From a virus (lineage: Duplodnaviria > Caudoviricetes), in the IMG/VR virus record IMGVR_UViG_3300002835_000172, positions 813-64,812 of that record: a stretch of DNA of 64,000 nucleotides; one strand, 5' to 3'. The stretch's first letter is position 1. Each line of letters opens with the position of its first letter. Below the pieces are notes generated by a model that saw only the letters and a list, made by a program, of their open reading frames with translations, had not been told where the DNA came from and ran no database searches. Position numbers and translations under genes: made by a program. Positions 19,026-29,199 of this stretch are shown piece by piece.

Positions 19026-19859
19026 CTACCAAGTTGTCAAACTACCCAATTCCCTACTTAACACTTTCTCATAAAGGGCTACGGACGGTGCTAAAAATGA
19101 GTTAATTATTGGGTTTTCTTTGAAGAAAAATAAAACATCTTTGTTCACTGATGACTTATTCGGAAATCCCTGGGTTTGATTTGTGGAAATTTCTAGTTTA
19201 TATTTTTCGGAGATTGCTTTCACAATTCTATTTTGATGAATATTGCATTTTTCGTAATCTCTATAAAGTTCAATTATTTGATCAAAATTTATCACCCGAG
19301 CGGTTGGGTGGTCTAAGATAAATTTCGTCCAATTGTTATAAAAGTTGATGATTCTAGTTAGGTGATAAAAGTTTATTTCTTTAAAAATAGAAAATTTTTT
19401 CTTTTCGTTTTTGTTTTCTTCTCGCTCTAAATGTTCACTAAAAAGTGAAGCAATAGTTTCAAGAGGGCTTCGTAAGGTAAGTATCACAACATCATTATTC
19501 AACACCGATTGTTCTGTTGCATCTATATTGTGCAATAAATTCTGCGGAATGTTGATTCTCGGGAATGTGTCTAAAAGTATTTTTCTGAAAGTCATATTGC
19601 CTTGATGCGGGAGACCATCAATATGAAATCCGTATTGGGCATCGTGAATTTCCCGGGTTCCTACAGAATCTTTAATATGACCCATTTGTTGTTCAGTTTT
19701 CAAAACCATTTGCAAATATTCATGCCCTCCATTTTCGCCATGAAGTTCGGTATGCCAAAGTCCACTACTGTCCGAAGGTGCTCTGAAGCACCATTCGTTT
19801 TTGTTTGGTACGAACACCCATAAATTTTCGTGCGCTTTAGAAAAAAATGAGTCTGGCAT
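19026..19859 (-). CDS. sulfotransferase-like hypothetical protein
   Basis: GLPHQGNMTF (5'-PSB-like) and LTLRSPLETIAS (3'-PB-like); AT-rich gene. Confidence 0.4.
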   Translation of the reverse strand: MPDSFFSKAHENLWVFVPNKNEWCFRAPSDSSGLWHTELHGENGGHEYLQMVLKTEQQMGHIKDSVGTREIHDAQYGFHIDGLPHQGNMTFRKILLDTFPRINIPQNLLHNIDATEQSVLNNDVVILTLRSPLETIASLFSEHLEREENKNEKKKFSIFKEINFYHLTRIINFYNNWTKFILDHPTARVINFDQIIELYRDYEKCNIHQNRIVKAISEKYKLEISTNQTQGFPNKSSVNKDVLFFFKENPIINSFLAPSVALYEKVLSRELGSLTTW

Positions 19860-19918
19860 TATTCCCCTAGGTTGGTTTCCGAATTTTTTAGCCTACATGA
19901 CGATGGGTTTTATAAATA

Positions 19919-20410
19919 TTAAATACCTTCATTGCTGAGACGTGTTTTCCATCCAAGCCTTCCGTTTTCTCTTAATGTTTTGCGCATTTTTGCCTCTTCT
20001 CGTTCACGGTTTCTCCGCCCTACGAAAAGTAATGCGTGTGATCCGCTCATTGTGATTGCATAAATGTTTTTCGTTTGACGGTTGGGCGGGTTTGGGTGTT
20101 CTGATTTGATGAGGTATCCAAGTCGTGTCAGGTAGCCAAGTGATTCGTTGATGCGTCCTGAGTCTTGTTTTTTGAACAAAAATTCTTGATAGTCGGTTGC
20201 CGAAAAGTCACGACTTTTTCTGAACTGTGCGTAAGACAGCACCTTGTGTGACAGCGTTCCGTATTTAAGATATTTTGATGGGTTCGTTAGCGGGGTATCT
20301 TCTATACCTAATTGTCTAAGTGATTTCCTGCCTTGCGAAACAGGCTTTTTACGGTTTTTCCGTGTGTCTATTCTTTTCGGTTTTTGCGGTGTGTTGTTCA
20401 TCGCCGTCAA
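19919..20410 (-). CDS. putative winged-helix DNA-binding protein
   Basis: basic protein with SL.YL...GYL....Y.IT.SG wHTH-like pattern. Confidence 0.5.
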   Translation of the reverse strand: MTAMNNTPQKPKRIDTRKNRKKPVSQGRKSLRQLGIEDTPLTNPSKYLKYGTLSHKVLSYAQFRKSRDFSATDYQEFLFKKQDSGRINESLGYLTRLGYLIKSEHPNPPNRQTKNIYAITMSGSHALLFVGRRNREREEAKMRKTLRENGRLGWKTRLSNEGI

Positions 20411-20438
20411 GTTATCGCGGTGGTAGGGTTTTCGCTAT

Positions 20439-20705
20439 ATGAAACGACAAAAACCTACGCCTAAAAAAAGAAATCCAAATAGTGCGAATGTGAATCAAGT
20501 TAGGTTGTCTGGTGAAATAAAATTTCCCAAAGGTTTTGTCCCTTGGCGTGTGGCTAGGGGCACAACGGAGTTTGAGTTGAGAGAAATGCTTTGTGATGCG
20601 CGAGATGAATGCTTAGATCGTGACGCAATCATTCTTTTAGAATTATTGGATAACTATTCTGTTACTGACCTGTATGTTAACGGTCTGATTGTTTTAAAAG
20701 ACTAA
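20439..20705 (+). CDS. hypothetical protein
   Basis: 88-aa ORF divergent from the previous gene. Confidence 0.45.
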   Translation: MKRQKPTPKKRNPNSANVNQVRLSGEIKFPKGFVPWRVARGTTEFELREMLCDARDECLDRDAIILLELLDNYSVTDLYVNGLIVLKD

Positions 20706-20711
20706 CCGATT

Positions 20712-21488
20712 TCAACTGTTTAGCCATACACTCCCACCGTCTACGACGATCGTTGAGCCAACCACATAGTCACCTGCGTTTGATGCTAGATATACCGTTG
20801 CTCCAATTATGTCATTTTCGTGACCAACACGATTCGCAGGTATTTGTGGGATGACTATTTCTTGTGCATCTCGTGCGGCTGGATGCATGTCTGAAGGGAA
20901 TGCGCCGGGTGCGATTGCGGTTACTGCTATGCCTTCTTTTATTAGTTTTGTTCCGAGGCTTTTTGTGAGGTGAATTAATCCAGCCTTACTTGCTGTGTAG
21001 GCGAATGCTTCATTGCCGTCTATTGACATGCCACATATTGATGCAATGTTGATTACTTTGGCTAGATGACCTTTTGTTTTGTGCGCGTTGATCAGTAGTG
21101 GGGCTAGTTTTTGTGTGAGAAAGAATGGTGTTCTCATGTTGATATTCACGGTGTAATCCCAACATTCTTCCCCATATTCGCTGAATGGTGCAGAGCAGTA
21201 TGCGCCAGCGTTATTTACAAGAATATCTAATGACTTTTCGTTTTTGGATATGTCCAAGAAGAATCTGTCTATTCCTTCTCTTGTGGATACATCCGCAACG
21301 CATGGGATGCATTCTCCGTATTCTTTTAGGTTTTCCGAAGTTTCGTATGACTGTTCTGCTGTGCGTGAAACTATGTATACGCGGGAGCACCCATTTTGGA
21401 GTAGCCCTTTTGTGATCATTTCTCCTATGCCGCGTGATCCACCCGTCACTGCTGCTACACGGTCTTTTAGGGAGAAAAGGTTGTTCAT
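20712..21488 (-). CDS. short-chain dehydrogenase/reductase (classical, RhlG/FabG-like)
   Basis: TGGSRGIG, NNAG, catalytic YTASK, IAPG, VDGG. Confidence 0.92.
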   Translation of the reverse strand: MNNLFSLKDRVAAVTGGSRGIGEMITKGLLQNGCSRVYIVSRTAEQSYETSENLKEYGECIPCVADVSTREGIDRFFLDISKNEKSLDILVNNAGAYCSAPFSEYGEECWDYTVNINMRTPFFLTQKLAPLLINAHKTKGHLAKVINIASICGMSIDGNEAFAYTASKAGLIHLTKSLGTKLIKEGIAVTAIAPGAFPSDMHPAARDAQEIVIPQIPANRVGHENDIIGATVYLASNAGDYVVGSTIVVDGGSVWLNS

Positions 21489-22240
21489 CCCTTCAGTACC
21501 GCCACACCGCCGTCCACGACGATGTGTGTGCCTACGCAGTAGTCGCCTGCGCGTGATGCAAGGTATGTAATTGCGGCAACGATGTCATCTTTGTGCCCAA
21601 GTCGTTTCGCTGGGATCCCCTGTGTGACTGATAGACGGTTTGATTCTGTAACTTGGTCTGGTGTCGTATTGAACAAACCGATAGTTATTGATGAGACAAC
21701 GATTTTGTGTCGGATGTATTGAACGGCGAATGATTTTGATGCGTGAATCATCCCCGCATTTGTTGAACTGAAAGCAAAGTTCGGAACTTGTGGTGGGTTC
21801 ACACCATCAACGGTTGTGAGGTTGATTACTTTTCCGAGAACTTGCTCTGTTGAAATGCTTGTTCCTTCTTCTGGGTTGGTGGATGCTTTGAGAAGGGGAA
21901 AGAATTTTTGTGTGAGTTTCACAGGTGCCTCCATGTTGTATTTGACCGTTTCTTCCCAGTCATCCGTGTTTGCCAATGAACTATTGATCAGAATGTTCAC
22001 ATATGGCTCTAGAGCGCTAATTTCACAAAAAAGTTTCTCTCGCCCTTCTTCGGTGGTTATGTCTGATTGTATGTAAATTATTTTTTCATTTTCAGGCGCA
22101 TTTTCTGGCAACTCTTTGTCACAAACGTAAACACGGGATGCGCCTTGTTCTGTCAATCCTTCTGCGATCATTGAGCCAATTCCCTCAGATCCGCCTGTGA
22201 TTAGGGCAATTCGGTTATCTAGCGAAAATAGCGAGTTCAT
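21485..22240 (-). CDS. SDR paralogue with degenerate catalytic motif
   Basis: TGGSEGIG and VDGG present; YxxxK replaced by FSSTN. Confidence 0.8.
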   Translation of the reverse strand: MNSLFSLDNRIALITGGSEGIGSMIAEGLTEQGASRVYVCDKELPENAPENEKIIYIQSDITTEEGREKLFCEISALEPYVNILINSSLANTDDWEETVKYNMEAPVKLTQKFFPLLKASTNPEEGTSISTEQVLGKVINLTTVDGVNPPQVPNFAFSSTNAGMIHASKSFAVQYIRHKIVVSSITIGLFNTTPDQVTESNRLSVTQGIPAKRLGHKDDIVAAITYLASRAGDYCVGTHIVVDGGVAVLKG

Positions 22241-22315
22241 GTTTTCTCCTGTTTATGTGTTCTTGAATGCTACTTTATTGTTAGTTGGCGACTTGGTTGG
22301 TGATACTGTAACACT

Positions 22316-23278
22316 ATGGAGAATCTCGTTAAATCTCACGAAATTGCACCCAATATTCGTGTTTATACAAACATTTTTCCTGACATTAAAGAGGTTCTTG
22401 AGGTCATCTACGAGCATGAAAAAACTACCACCAAGAACCCTGACGCCACTTCCTATTTTAAACCTTACAGAGATTGGTACACATTCGGTCGTCTAACCGA
22501 TTGCGATGGGCAGGAAAACGCAACCCCAAAAGAAATGATTGAACTTGAAAAAAATAAAGATTTTAATTATGTGAATCAAAAAAATCTTGCCGACAGAATA
22601 AAAAATGCAAGAAAATTAGTTATACAAAATTATTGCGAAATTTACGGTATTAACGAAACCAACAGTGCGGATTTCTACATTCAGCCATCGGTGAACTTTG
22701 CCGAATATGAACCGGGTTTTGAAATGGATCAAAGGCGGATTGAGGATGATGCACAGTGGCTCGGAAATCATAAACCGCTAGCGATGAATTATCACACAGA
22801 TTTTGAAATAAAAAAGATGTGCCGTATGGAAGACAATTTTTTGCTCACATGCAATATCTACTGGAACGATGACTACGAGGGCGGGGAAATTGTTTTTTAT
22901 AGTTCGGCGGGTTTGCTTTCTTATAAGCCAAACGCTGGAGAGGTTATCGTATTCCCTTCAGGATCACCATACTTCCCAGTTGATGGAGACTGTTTCTTTC
23001 ATTGTGCGAATGCAGTAACAAAAAAAAGAAAATATTTTTCGCGCAACTACTTGATGTACAAACATGTGCCAACGGAAGAGATGCTCTCATTGGAGGGTGC
23101 TTATCCGCGTGGTCACAGTCCACGCGGACCAGATAGTTTTTATGACAGTTTGTTTAATCAACTCATGATTGATTATTCCAAAAAAGAAGTGCTAGTACAC
23201 CCTATTGTCAAGAAACTCTACGAGAAGTTTGCCTCCGACGAAAAAGTGGTTGCTCGGGAAATTGATATATTTGACTAA
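22316..23278 (+). CDS. 2OG-Fe(II) oxygenase (prolyl 4-hydroxylase-like)
   Basis: YHTD...IYWNDDYEGGEI...FPS...FHC..V...K pattern. Confidence 0.8.
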   Translation: MENLVKSHEIAPNIRVYTNIFPDIKEVLEVIYEHEKTTTKNPDATSYFKPYRDWYTFGRLTDCDGQENATPKEMIELEKNKDFNYVNQKNLADRIKNARKLVIQNYCEIYGINETNSADFYIQPSVNFAEYEPGFEMDQRRIEDDAQWLGNHKPLAMNYHTDFEIKKMCRMEDNFLLTCNIYWNDDYEGGEIVFYSSAGLLSYKPNAGEVIVFPSGSPYFPVDGDCFFHCANAVTKKRKYFSRNYLMYKHVPTEEMLSLEGAYPRGHSPRGPDSFYDSLFNQLMIDYSKKEVLVHPIVKKLYEKFASDEKVVAREIDIFD

Positions 23279-24048
23279 TAGTTGGCGTGTGCGTCAACAA
23301 AATTTAATACTCGTTCGGCTGTTGTCTCGCCGTCTGTGCCGGGGTCGGACTTCAGCCAGCGAATAAAGTCATACCATTTGCGTTGCTGATCCGCTGAGTC
23401 AAATACGAGCGTATATTGAACGATTGTCTTGCTTCCGTTGGAAACTACTGATGGTGCGCCTTGCGTGACCGCTTGATGTGTGTCTGTTCCTTGTGGTGCG
23501 GTGAGTTTCGTTTCACCGTTATCCATAATTGTTGATACGGCTGTCGGATTATCTGGTTCATCTGATAAGAGCGGGAATATTGGCTGAATAACGGGCGCAA
23601 CATACGGTGCATTGTCTTCATGGAGGTAGTCGCCTTCCATTCCTGCGAGTTCTATTTCATCCCAACCCAAAGCATCAATGAGGTCGTCGTATTCTTCGCC
23701 TACTTCTTCCAAGAGTTCAAATAGCATGTCGCTATCTGTTGTTCCTAGTTCGTTGGTTCGGTTATCCGCAAGAGCGTATGCGATCGCACTAGAGGTGTCG
23801 CCTTCAAATTTCACGCATGCGATTTTTTCCCAACCAAGTTTTTTAGCCGCTTCGTATTGGTGGTTTCCTGCAATGATCGTTGATGTTCCGTCAGCATTGT
23901 CTTTGATTACGATCGGTTTTACTTGACCAAATTCTCGGTATGACGCAACGATTGCATCAATGTTTCCTTTGCGTGGGTTATTTTCAAGGTGCACAAGTTT
24001 TTCTAACGGTGTCGCTAGATGTTCTATGCTTTTGTGAATACCTGACAT
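23275..24048 (-). CDS. ParB/Srx N-terminal domain protein
   Basis: NNPRKG....I..S..EFGQ.KPIV...IIAGNH...AAK.LG...LADNRT. Confidence 0.85.
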   Translation of the reverse strand: MSGIHKSIEHLATPLEKLVHLENNPRKGNIDAIVASYREFGQVKPIVIKDNADGTSTIIAGNHQYEAAKKLGWEKIACVKFEGDTSSAIAYALADNRTNELGTTDSDMLFELLEEVGEEYDDLIDALGWDEIELAGMEGDYLHEDNAPYVAPVIQPIFPLLSDEPDNPTAVSTIMDNGETKLTAPQGTDTHQAVTQGAPSVVSNGSKTIVQYTLVFDSADQQRKWYDFIRWLKSDPGTDGETTAERVLNFVDAHANY

Positions 24049-24393
24049 TTAGGCTCCTGTTTGTATACGAACATTGGCGTTCAATGTTCTGAGTGCGTCC
24101 AAAGATGTTCGCACGGTGAGCAGTTTTTCTCGTTTGGATTTAACTAACGCTTCGCTGATCTTATACGAATATGCTTCGTCAGAAAGTTTGTAGTCTGCCC
24201 ACGCTTCACGCTCTTTTATGCTTCCTTTGGCGGCTAGATATTCTTTAGCCCAGTTGCCCTTCATGAGTGCATCTTTTTTTGCGGCGTCAACAGCAAGGGT
24301 TTCAAAGGCTTCTGTTTCTTCTTCAAGAATGCCAAGTAAGCGCATGATTTCAGATTCAATTTCTACTTGAGATATTGGCTGTGACCTACCCAT
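24049..24393 (-). CDS. conserved coiled-coil phage protein
   Basis: 114-aa helical ORF ending LDALRTLNANVR, coupled to ruvC. Confidence 0.6.
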   Translation of the reverse strand: MGRSQPISQVEIESEIMRLLGILEEETEAFETLAVDAAKKDALMKGNWAKEYLAAKGSIKEREAWADYKLSDEAYSYKISEALVKSKREKLLTVRTSLDALRTLNANVRIQTGA

Positions 24394-24913
24394 GTTGTTC
24401 TCCTGTTATCGCCGTGAAATCGCATTTCTTTAACGCTAAAACTTGATCTGCATTCCACTCGTATTGGGATAGTCCCAAGTATGTCAGTGTCATTTGTTCA
24501 AGGATCCAAGCGTCACATCTGTCGTTGCCGTCTCCACCCGACCAGATTATCCCCGTTTTCGCGGAGATTGCTGACATTACTTCTGATTTACCTGAGTTTC
24601 CTTTTCCTGTAGCAAATTTGGCTCTACAGGTTGGGGGTATGACCACTACTGGCACGCCTAGTTCGCGTAACGCGACTCGTACAACGCCTCCTAGTTCTCC
24701 GATTGAGTGGGCTTGTGAATGTCGTGAGGCATATGAGTAGCCCTCTACCGCCACTATTTGGACACCAGCATCTTGGGCTAGTGCCAAGATTTCGTTCCTT
24801 ATCTCTAGGAGTCGTTCTGACCCTTTGTTTTTGGATCGGATGCTCGTTGTCAGTCCGCCAATGCTCACACCTGTGCTTGTCAGGGAAAGGTCTAAGCCCA
24901 TTATTTTTGTCAC
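24386..24913 (-). CDS. ruvC: RuvC-like Holliday junction resolvase
   Basis: MGLDLSLTSTG, VAVEG, ELGGVVR, KFATGKGN..K, D..DA; start moved to GTG 24913. Confidence 0.88.
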   Translation of the reverse strand: MTKIMGLDLSLTSTGVSIGGLTTSIRSKNKGSERLLEIRNEILALAQDAGVQIVAVEGYSYASRHSQAHSIGELGGVVRVALRELGVPVVVIPPTCRAKFATGKGNSGKSEVMSAISAKTGIIWSGGDGNDRCDAWILEQMTLTYLGLSQYEWNADQVLALKKCDFTAITGEQHG

Positions 24914-24936
24914 ATTTTTTAGATTACTATAGTCCG

Positions 24937-25929
24937 ATGCGTAGAATTTTTGTGGTAATTCCATCTTTTCAGGAAGAAGATTTGCGTAACACGGTGAACA
25001 GCATTTTTGAAAATGCGAAACATCCTGAACGCATTTATGTCGGCATTTGCAATCAGCGCACGGATAACAAGGATTTTGAGACCTTTGAGGAGTACGGTGA
25101 CCGTGTTCGGTGTGTGGATGTACGTTCTCCTCGCCCACTCGGTCTTGGTTTTGCTTATTTTTCTGCGTCAAAGTTACTGATGGATGAAGAGTTCTTTATG
25201 CGGATAGACGCGCATACAAGAATGAAAAAAAACTGGGATTCAACTTTGGTCAGTTATTTTAGCAAAATAGAGACGGACACAGGTAGTTCAAAAATTGTAA
25301 TAACTCAGTTAACTGGTGGATTTTATAAACAAGACATGAATCTTGCAGGTTTTATAAAACATGAAGATAAAGATGAATGGTTTCATGAAGGACAGCCACC
25401 AAATACAAGTGAATTTATGAATGGTAACTTAAGGCAGTTAAAAGAATACGCCCTAAATATTGAGCATCATCCGAATAATAATTATGAATGGGATGATATC
25501 TCGTTGGCGAATGGCTACAAGGAAATTCATGGTGTTTCTGGAGCATTCCATTTTGGCGCAAGTCAATTTTTGACTGATTGCAGTCCTGATCCAAGAGTAT
25601 TTTTTTGGGGAGAAGAACATACCTTCGCTATGCGTGCATGGACTCGTGGTTATAGGCTTTATGCAATAGATGTGAACACACAGTTCACTGCGGGTAAAAC
25701 AGAGGAATATCTAGAAACGGTTGGTATTGATGACTGGCGAAATTTTTGGAAATCATATAGGGGGTTTACGGTTAGATATGAATCGGGATCTGTGTCAGCG
25801 AGTTTTCCAACACATAGCGATCCCGACAACCCAGTTATTGAAATACTTTCAGGTAGGGAACTTGGTTTTTATGGAGCAAAAGATGAACAGTCATATGCCG
25901 ATTGGATGAAAAAACTCGGTATAGCCTAA
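24937..25929 (+). CDS. second GT60-like GlcNAc-transferase
   Basis: RIFVVIPSFQE, A.HPERIYVGI, EEFFMRIDAHTR..KNWD, DP..FFWGEE...AMRAWTRGY. Confidence 0.8.
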   Translation: MRRIFVVIPSFQEEDLRNTVNSIFENAKHPERIYVGICNQRTDNKDFETFEEYGDRVRCVDVRSPRPLGLGFAYFSASKLLMDEEFFMRIDAHTRMKKNWDSTLVSYFSKIETDTGSSKIVITQLTGGFYKQDMNLAGFIKHEDKDEWFHEGQPPNTSEFMNGNLRQLKEYALNIEHHPNNNYEWDDISLANGYKEIHGVSGAFHFGASQFLTDCSPDPRVFFWGEEHTFAMRAWTRGYRLYAIDVNTQFTAGKTEEYLETVGIDDWRNFWKSYRGFTVRYESGSVSASFPTHSDPDNPVIEILSGRELGFYGAKDEQSYADWMKKLGIA

Positions 25930-26381
25930 ATGTTTCAAGTTATTTTGTGATTAACAAAAAATCTGCCCCACAGAAACTGATTGTTTCTATTGATAAACAA
26001 GGCGCATGGGGTGAAGTTTCCTATTATCACAAACTTGAATGTGGTCATGTTGAAGTCCGAAAAAGGGCATCATCAGCGCCAAGGATTGCTTGTACTTGGT
26101 GCGTGATCGGTGAAGAAAAAGGCAGAGAACTTAAAGCGCTGACTATAGTTCAGCCACCGACCCTTGAAGAGGTCTGGGACTTTTATGATGAGACTACATC
26201 GGAGGAAGTTGATGTTGCAAAACTTCGGGCAGGGGTGGCGAACGCCGTAGGTTGTGCACAGGAAAGTGTTGAGGTGGTTTCCATCGTTGACGAAGAGAAC
26301 ATTCTGCGTGTCAGTTATGTTACAGTTTTTCTTGATTTTGAGACAGCAAAAAGAATTGCGGATAAGAGTAGGAATACCTAA
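25902..26381 (+). CDS. hypothetical protein with Zn-ribbon
   Basis: LECGH...CTWC; true start uncertain. Confidence 0.5.
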   Translation: MDEKTRYSLNVSSYFVINKKSAPQKLIVSIDKQGAWGEVSYYHKLECGHVEVRKRASSAPRIACTWCVIGEEKGRELKALTIVQPPTLEEVWDFYDETTSEEVDVAKLRAGVANAVGCAQESVEVVSIVDEENILRVSYVTVFLDFETAKRIADKSRNT

Positions 26382-26440
26382 CCGACTGCTGATTTTGCTT
26401 GTATCCTGATGCAAGTTATACATAGTTTGCGAGGGGCAAC

Positions 26441-26812
26441 ATGATTGATGCAAGCAATATAGAAAATTTTTTTGATACGGAAAAAGCAAATTGCAGGGGT
26501 AAGAACATTGTTATGTTTTATCCCAACCACTCGCCGACTGATCGTCTTGGTAGAGAAAATGCCGCTAATGCCATACAGATTTGTTCGGAATGCGAAGTCC
26601 TAGAAGGATGTTTGGATTATGCTTTGCATTATGAGCCGCTCGGGTTTTGGGGTGGGAAGACTGAAGTTGAAAGAGAAGTTTTGAGAAGAGTTAGAGGTAT
26701 AAAACTGCCACCAGAGCGTCAACCGTCTGACTCTATTCGTCGTTCTTCTAGGCGTGGTTTCATAAATAGCCAAGTTAGAAAGAGTTTGAGTTCCATAAAA
26801 AATGAGCAATAG
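26441..26812 (+). CDS. whiB: WhiB-family transcription factor
   Basis: C...FYP...A..IC..C.V...C..YAL....GFWGG.TE.ER. Confidence 0.9.
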   Translation: MIDASNIENFFDTEKANCRGKNIVMFYPNHSPTDRLGRENAANAIQICSECEVLEGCLDYALHYEPLGFWGGKTEVEREVLRRVRGIKLPPERQPSDSIRRSSRRGFINSQVRKSLSSIKNEQ

Positions 26813-28550
26813 TCACCTTCCGCATGTAGATAATTTTTTGTCTCGCTTGAAAGGTGTTCGTCCAACAAACAATGGGTGGGATGCAAGGTGCCCATGTCGC
26901 AATGACGATGAGAATCCTTCTCTTTCGGTAGGTATCGGCGCAGAAGACAAGGTTTTGGTTTCTTGTCATCGTGGCGAGGGTTGCTCGGTTGTGGAGATTT
27001 GTCAGTCTGTTGGTTTGAAAGTTGTGGACTTGTATCCACCACAAAAAGAGGAACGAAAACTCACCCTTATTGCAACATACGACTACCGTGACGAAAACGG
27101 AATTTTGCTTTTTCAGAAACAGCGTTTCACTGATCAAAGCGGTAAGAAAACTTTTAGACAGAGGCGACCTGATCCAAGCGGGAACGGCAAATGGATTTTT
27201 TCTTTAGATAACACACCGAAAATTCTTTATCGTCTCCCACAAGTTCTTGAAGCAAAACGCAACGGTGAAGTAATTTGGTTGGTTGAGGGTGAGAAAGACG
27301 CTGACGCAGTTTTTGCTCAAGGCATGGTTGCTACAACCCCACCAAACGGTGCGGGTAAATGGCTTGACATTCATTCCCGTGCGCTTGAGGGTGCAACGGT
27401 TTTTATTGTTGCCGACAATGATGAAGTAGGTAGGGAGCACGCGATCAGTGTTGGTGATGTTCTCGCTAAGCATGGATGTGTTATCAGTTCATTCGTCCCA
27501 CCTAATGGTTTCAAAGATGTTTCAGACATGATTAACGCTGGCAAGTCTCTTAATGATTTGCTTGAGTTGGATAGAACAGAACCGTCGGGAGAAGTAACTG
27601 TCCACGATGATGAAGAACAAGAAATTGAGGCAGTAGTTCAGGCAACTTCGCCGATTGAATCTTTAACCGAGCAACTTGTAAAAGTTTTAGCAAATGAAGA
27701 TTTGAGTGAGTCAACAAGAATTAATAGAGCATCAATGCTTGTTAACTCTTTTGGCGTGGAAGATAGAAGCGACAAGGGGCGACTTGTCAATTGGGCGCAA
27801 CTCGTCCTTGAAGACGTTGATGATTCTTATGATTGGGTTATCCCAAATGTTTTGGAACGCGGAGAGCGTGTAATTGTTGTTGCCGCTGAAGGTGTTGGTA
27901 AAACAATGCTTGCGAGACAGATCGCTATCTGTAGTGCGTATGGGATACATCCTTTTACCATGTCTCGGATGAAGCCGATCAGAACTTTAACGATTGACTT
28001 GGAAAACCCTGAAAAGATTATTAAGCGAACATCAGCCAGCATCCATGGAGCGGCAAGACATCTTGGATATTTGGATGGTGAGCCTGATTGCCACATCTTG
28101 ATGAAACCATCGGGTGTTGACCTGATGCGACCAGCCGACAAAGCGTTTATAGAGCAAACTGTGGAAAGAATACGACCTGATTTACTTCTGCTCGGTCCGA
28201 TCTACAAGTCATTTATTGATCCCGGTGGCAGGACATCCGAAGCGATCACGGTTGAGATTGCTAAATACTTTGACATGTTGAGGGACTATTACAACTGTGC
28301 TCTTTGGCTAGAACATCACGCTCCGTTGGGCACATCTACGACAAGCCGTGATCTACGCCCATTTGGTTCTGCTGTTTGGTCACGCTGGCCGGAGTTTGGC
28401 TTGTCTTTGACGCCAGACCCTACTGCTGTTGGTGACTATGTTTATGATGTCCGCCATTTTAGAGGTGCGCGAGATCTGAGAGAGTTTCCAACTAAGATGA
28501 GAAGAGGGAAAGTCTTCCCGTTTGAAGTTATGGAATTCATGAAGGTTTGA
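26802..28550 (+). CDS. DNA primase-helicase (Zn-binding + TOPRIM + RecA-like AAA_25)
   Basis: CPC..D..PSLS...CH..C, VEGEKDAD, DNDEVG, KDVSD; Walker A AAEGVGKT; GSAVW. Confidence 0.9.
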   Translation: MSNSHLPHVDNFLSRLKGVRPTNNGWDARCPCRNDDENPSLSVGIGAEDKVLVSCHRGEGCSVVEICQSVGLKVVDLYPPQKEERKLTLIATYDYRDENGILLFQKQRFTDQSGKKTFRQRRPDPSGNGKWIFSLDNTPKILYRLPQVLEAKRNGEVIWLVEGEKDADAVFAQGMVATTPPNGAGKWLDIHSRALEGATVFIVADNDEVGREHAISVGDVLAKHGCVISSFVPPNGFKDVSDMINAGKSLNDLLELDRTEPSGEVTVHDDEEQEIEAVVQATSPIESLTEQLVKVLANEDLSESTRINRASMLVNSFGVEDRSDKGRLVNWAQLVLEDVDDSYDWVIPNVLERGERVIVVAAEGVGKTMLARQIAICSAYGIHPFTMSRMKPIRTLTIDLENPEKIIKRTSASIHGAARHLGYLDGEPDCHILMKPSGVDLMRPADKAFIEQTVERIRPDLLLLGPIYKSFIDPGGRTSEAITVEIAKYFDMLRDYYNCALWLEHHAPLGTSTTSRDLRPFGSAVWSRWPEFGLSLTPDPTAVGDYVYDVRHFRGARDLREFPTKMRRGKVFPFEVMEFMKV

Positions 28551-28551
28551 A

Positions 28552-29199
28552 ATGGCTGAAAAGGGTTTAACTAGAGAGTTTCTCGCTGAACGCGATTTGC
28601 GTATTTTCAAGATGAGGCAGGCTGGTATCCCTATCGCCGAAATTGCTAGACGGTTTGGAATTGGGTCTACCAATGTTTCCCATTCAATTCGTAGGCAGTT
28701 GGGCAAGTTGAACCAAGAGGCTTTGCTTGCTTACCCTGAAGTTTTGCAAATGGAACTTGAGCGTTTGGATGCTTTGCAGTCCGCAATCTGGCCGATGACG
28801 CAACACAGAAAACAAAAAATGGATGACGGCACAGAGGTTGCTATTGAACCCGACATTAAGGCTGTTTCAACGGTTCTTTCAATCATTGATCGTCGTGCGA
28901 AGTTGCTTGGTATGGAGCAAACTAATGTCAATGTGCAGATGGATGTGAGGGATGCTTCCCCTCTTCGCGCTGTACTTGCTGGTGCTCCCGGAGTTCTTAG
29001 CGCTGAGAAGTTTGATTCTGAAGCAGAGGGCAAGAAACTTCTTGCACTTATGGCTGATGCAGGGATCCTTCCAAAAGAGCAGATCAGGGAACTATTGAAT
29101 GATTTCCCTGCTCTTGAAGATGGCGACGATATTCAGGATGCTGAGATAGTTGATGCTGAGGACGATGCCGTATCACAAAAAGAGATTGACACCATCTAA
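28552..29199 (+). CDS. HTH protein, terminase small subunit-like
   Basis: N-terminal HTH (IAEIARRFGI), then ELERLD.LQ...W...IIDRRAKLLG. Confidence 0.55.
   Translation: MAEKGLTREFLAERDLRIFKMRQAGIPIAEIARRFGIGSTNVSHSIRRQLGKLNQEALLAYPEVLQMELERLDALQSAIWPMTQHRKQKMDDGTEVAIEPDIKAVSTVLSIIDRRAKLLGMEQTNVNVQMDVRDASPLRAVLAGAPGVLSAEKFDSEAEGKKLLALMADAGILPKEQIRELLNDFPALEDGDDIQDAEIVDAEDDAVSQKEIDTI

Noticed and set aside
24703-25171. Long bidirectional overlap between the ruvC and GT60-like ORFs
   Set aside because: It is an artefact of longest-ORF calling; the plausible starts at 24913(-) and 24937(+) are divergent and do not overlap.
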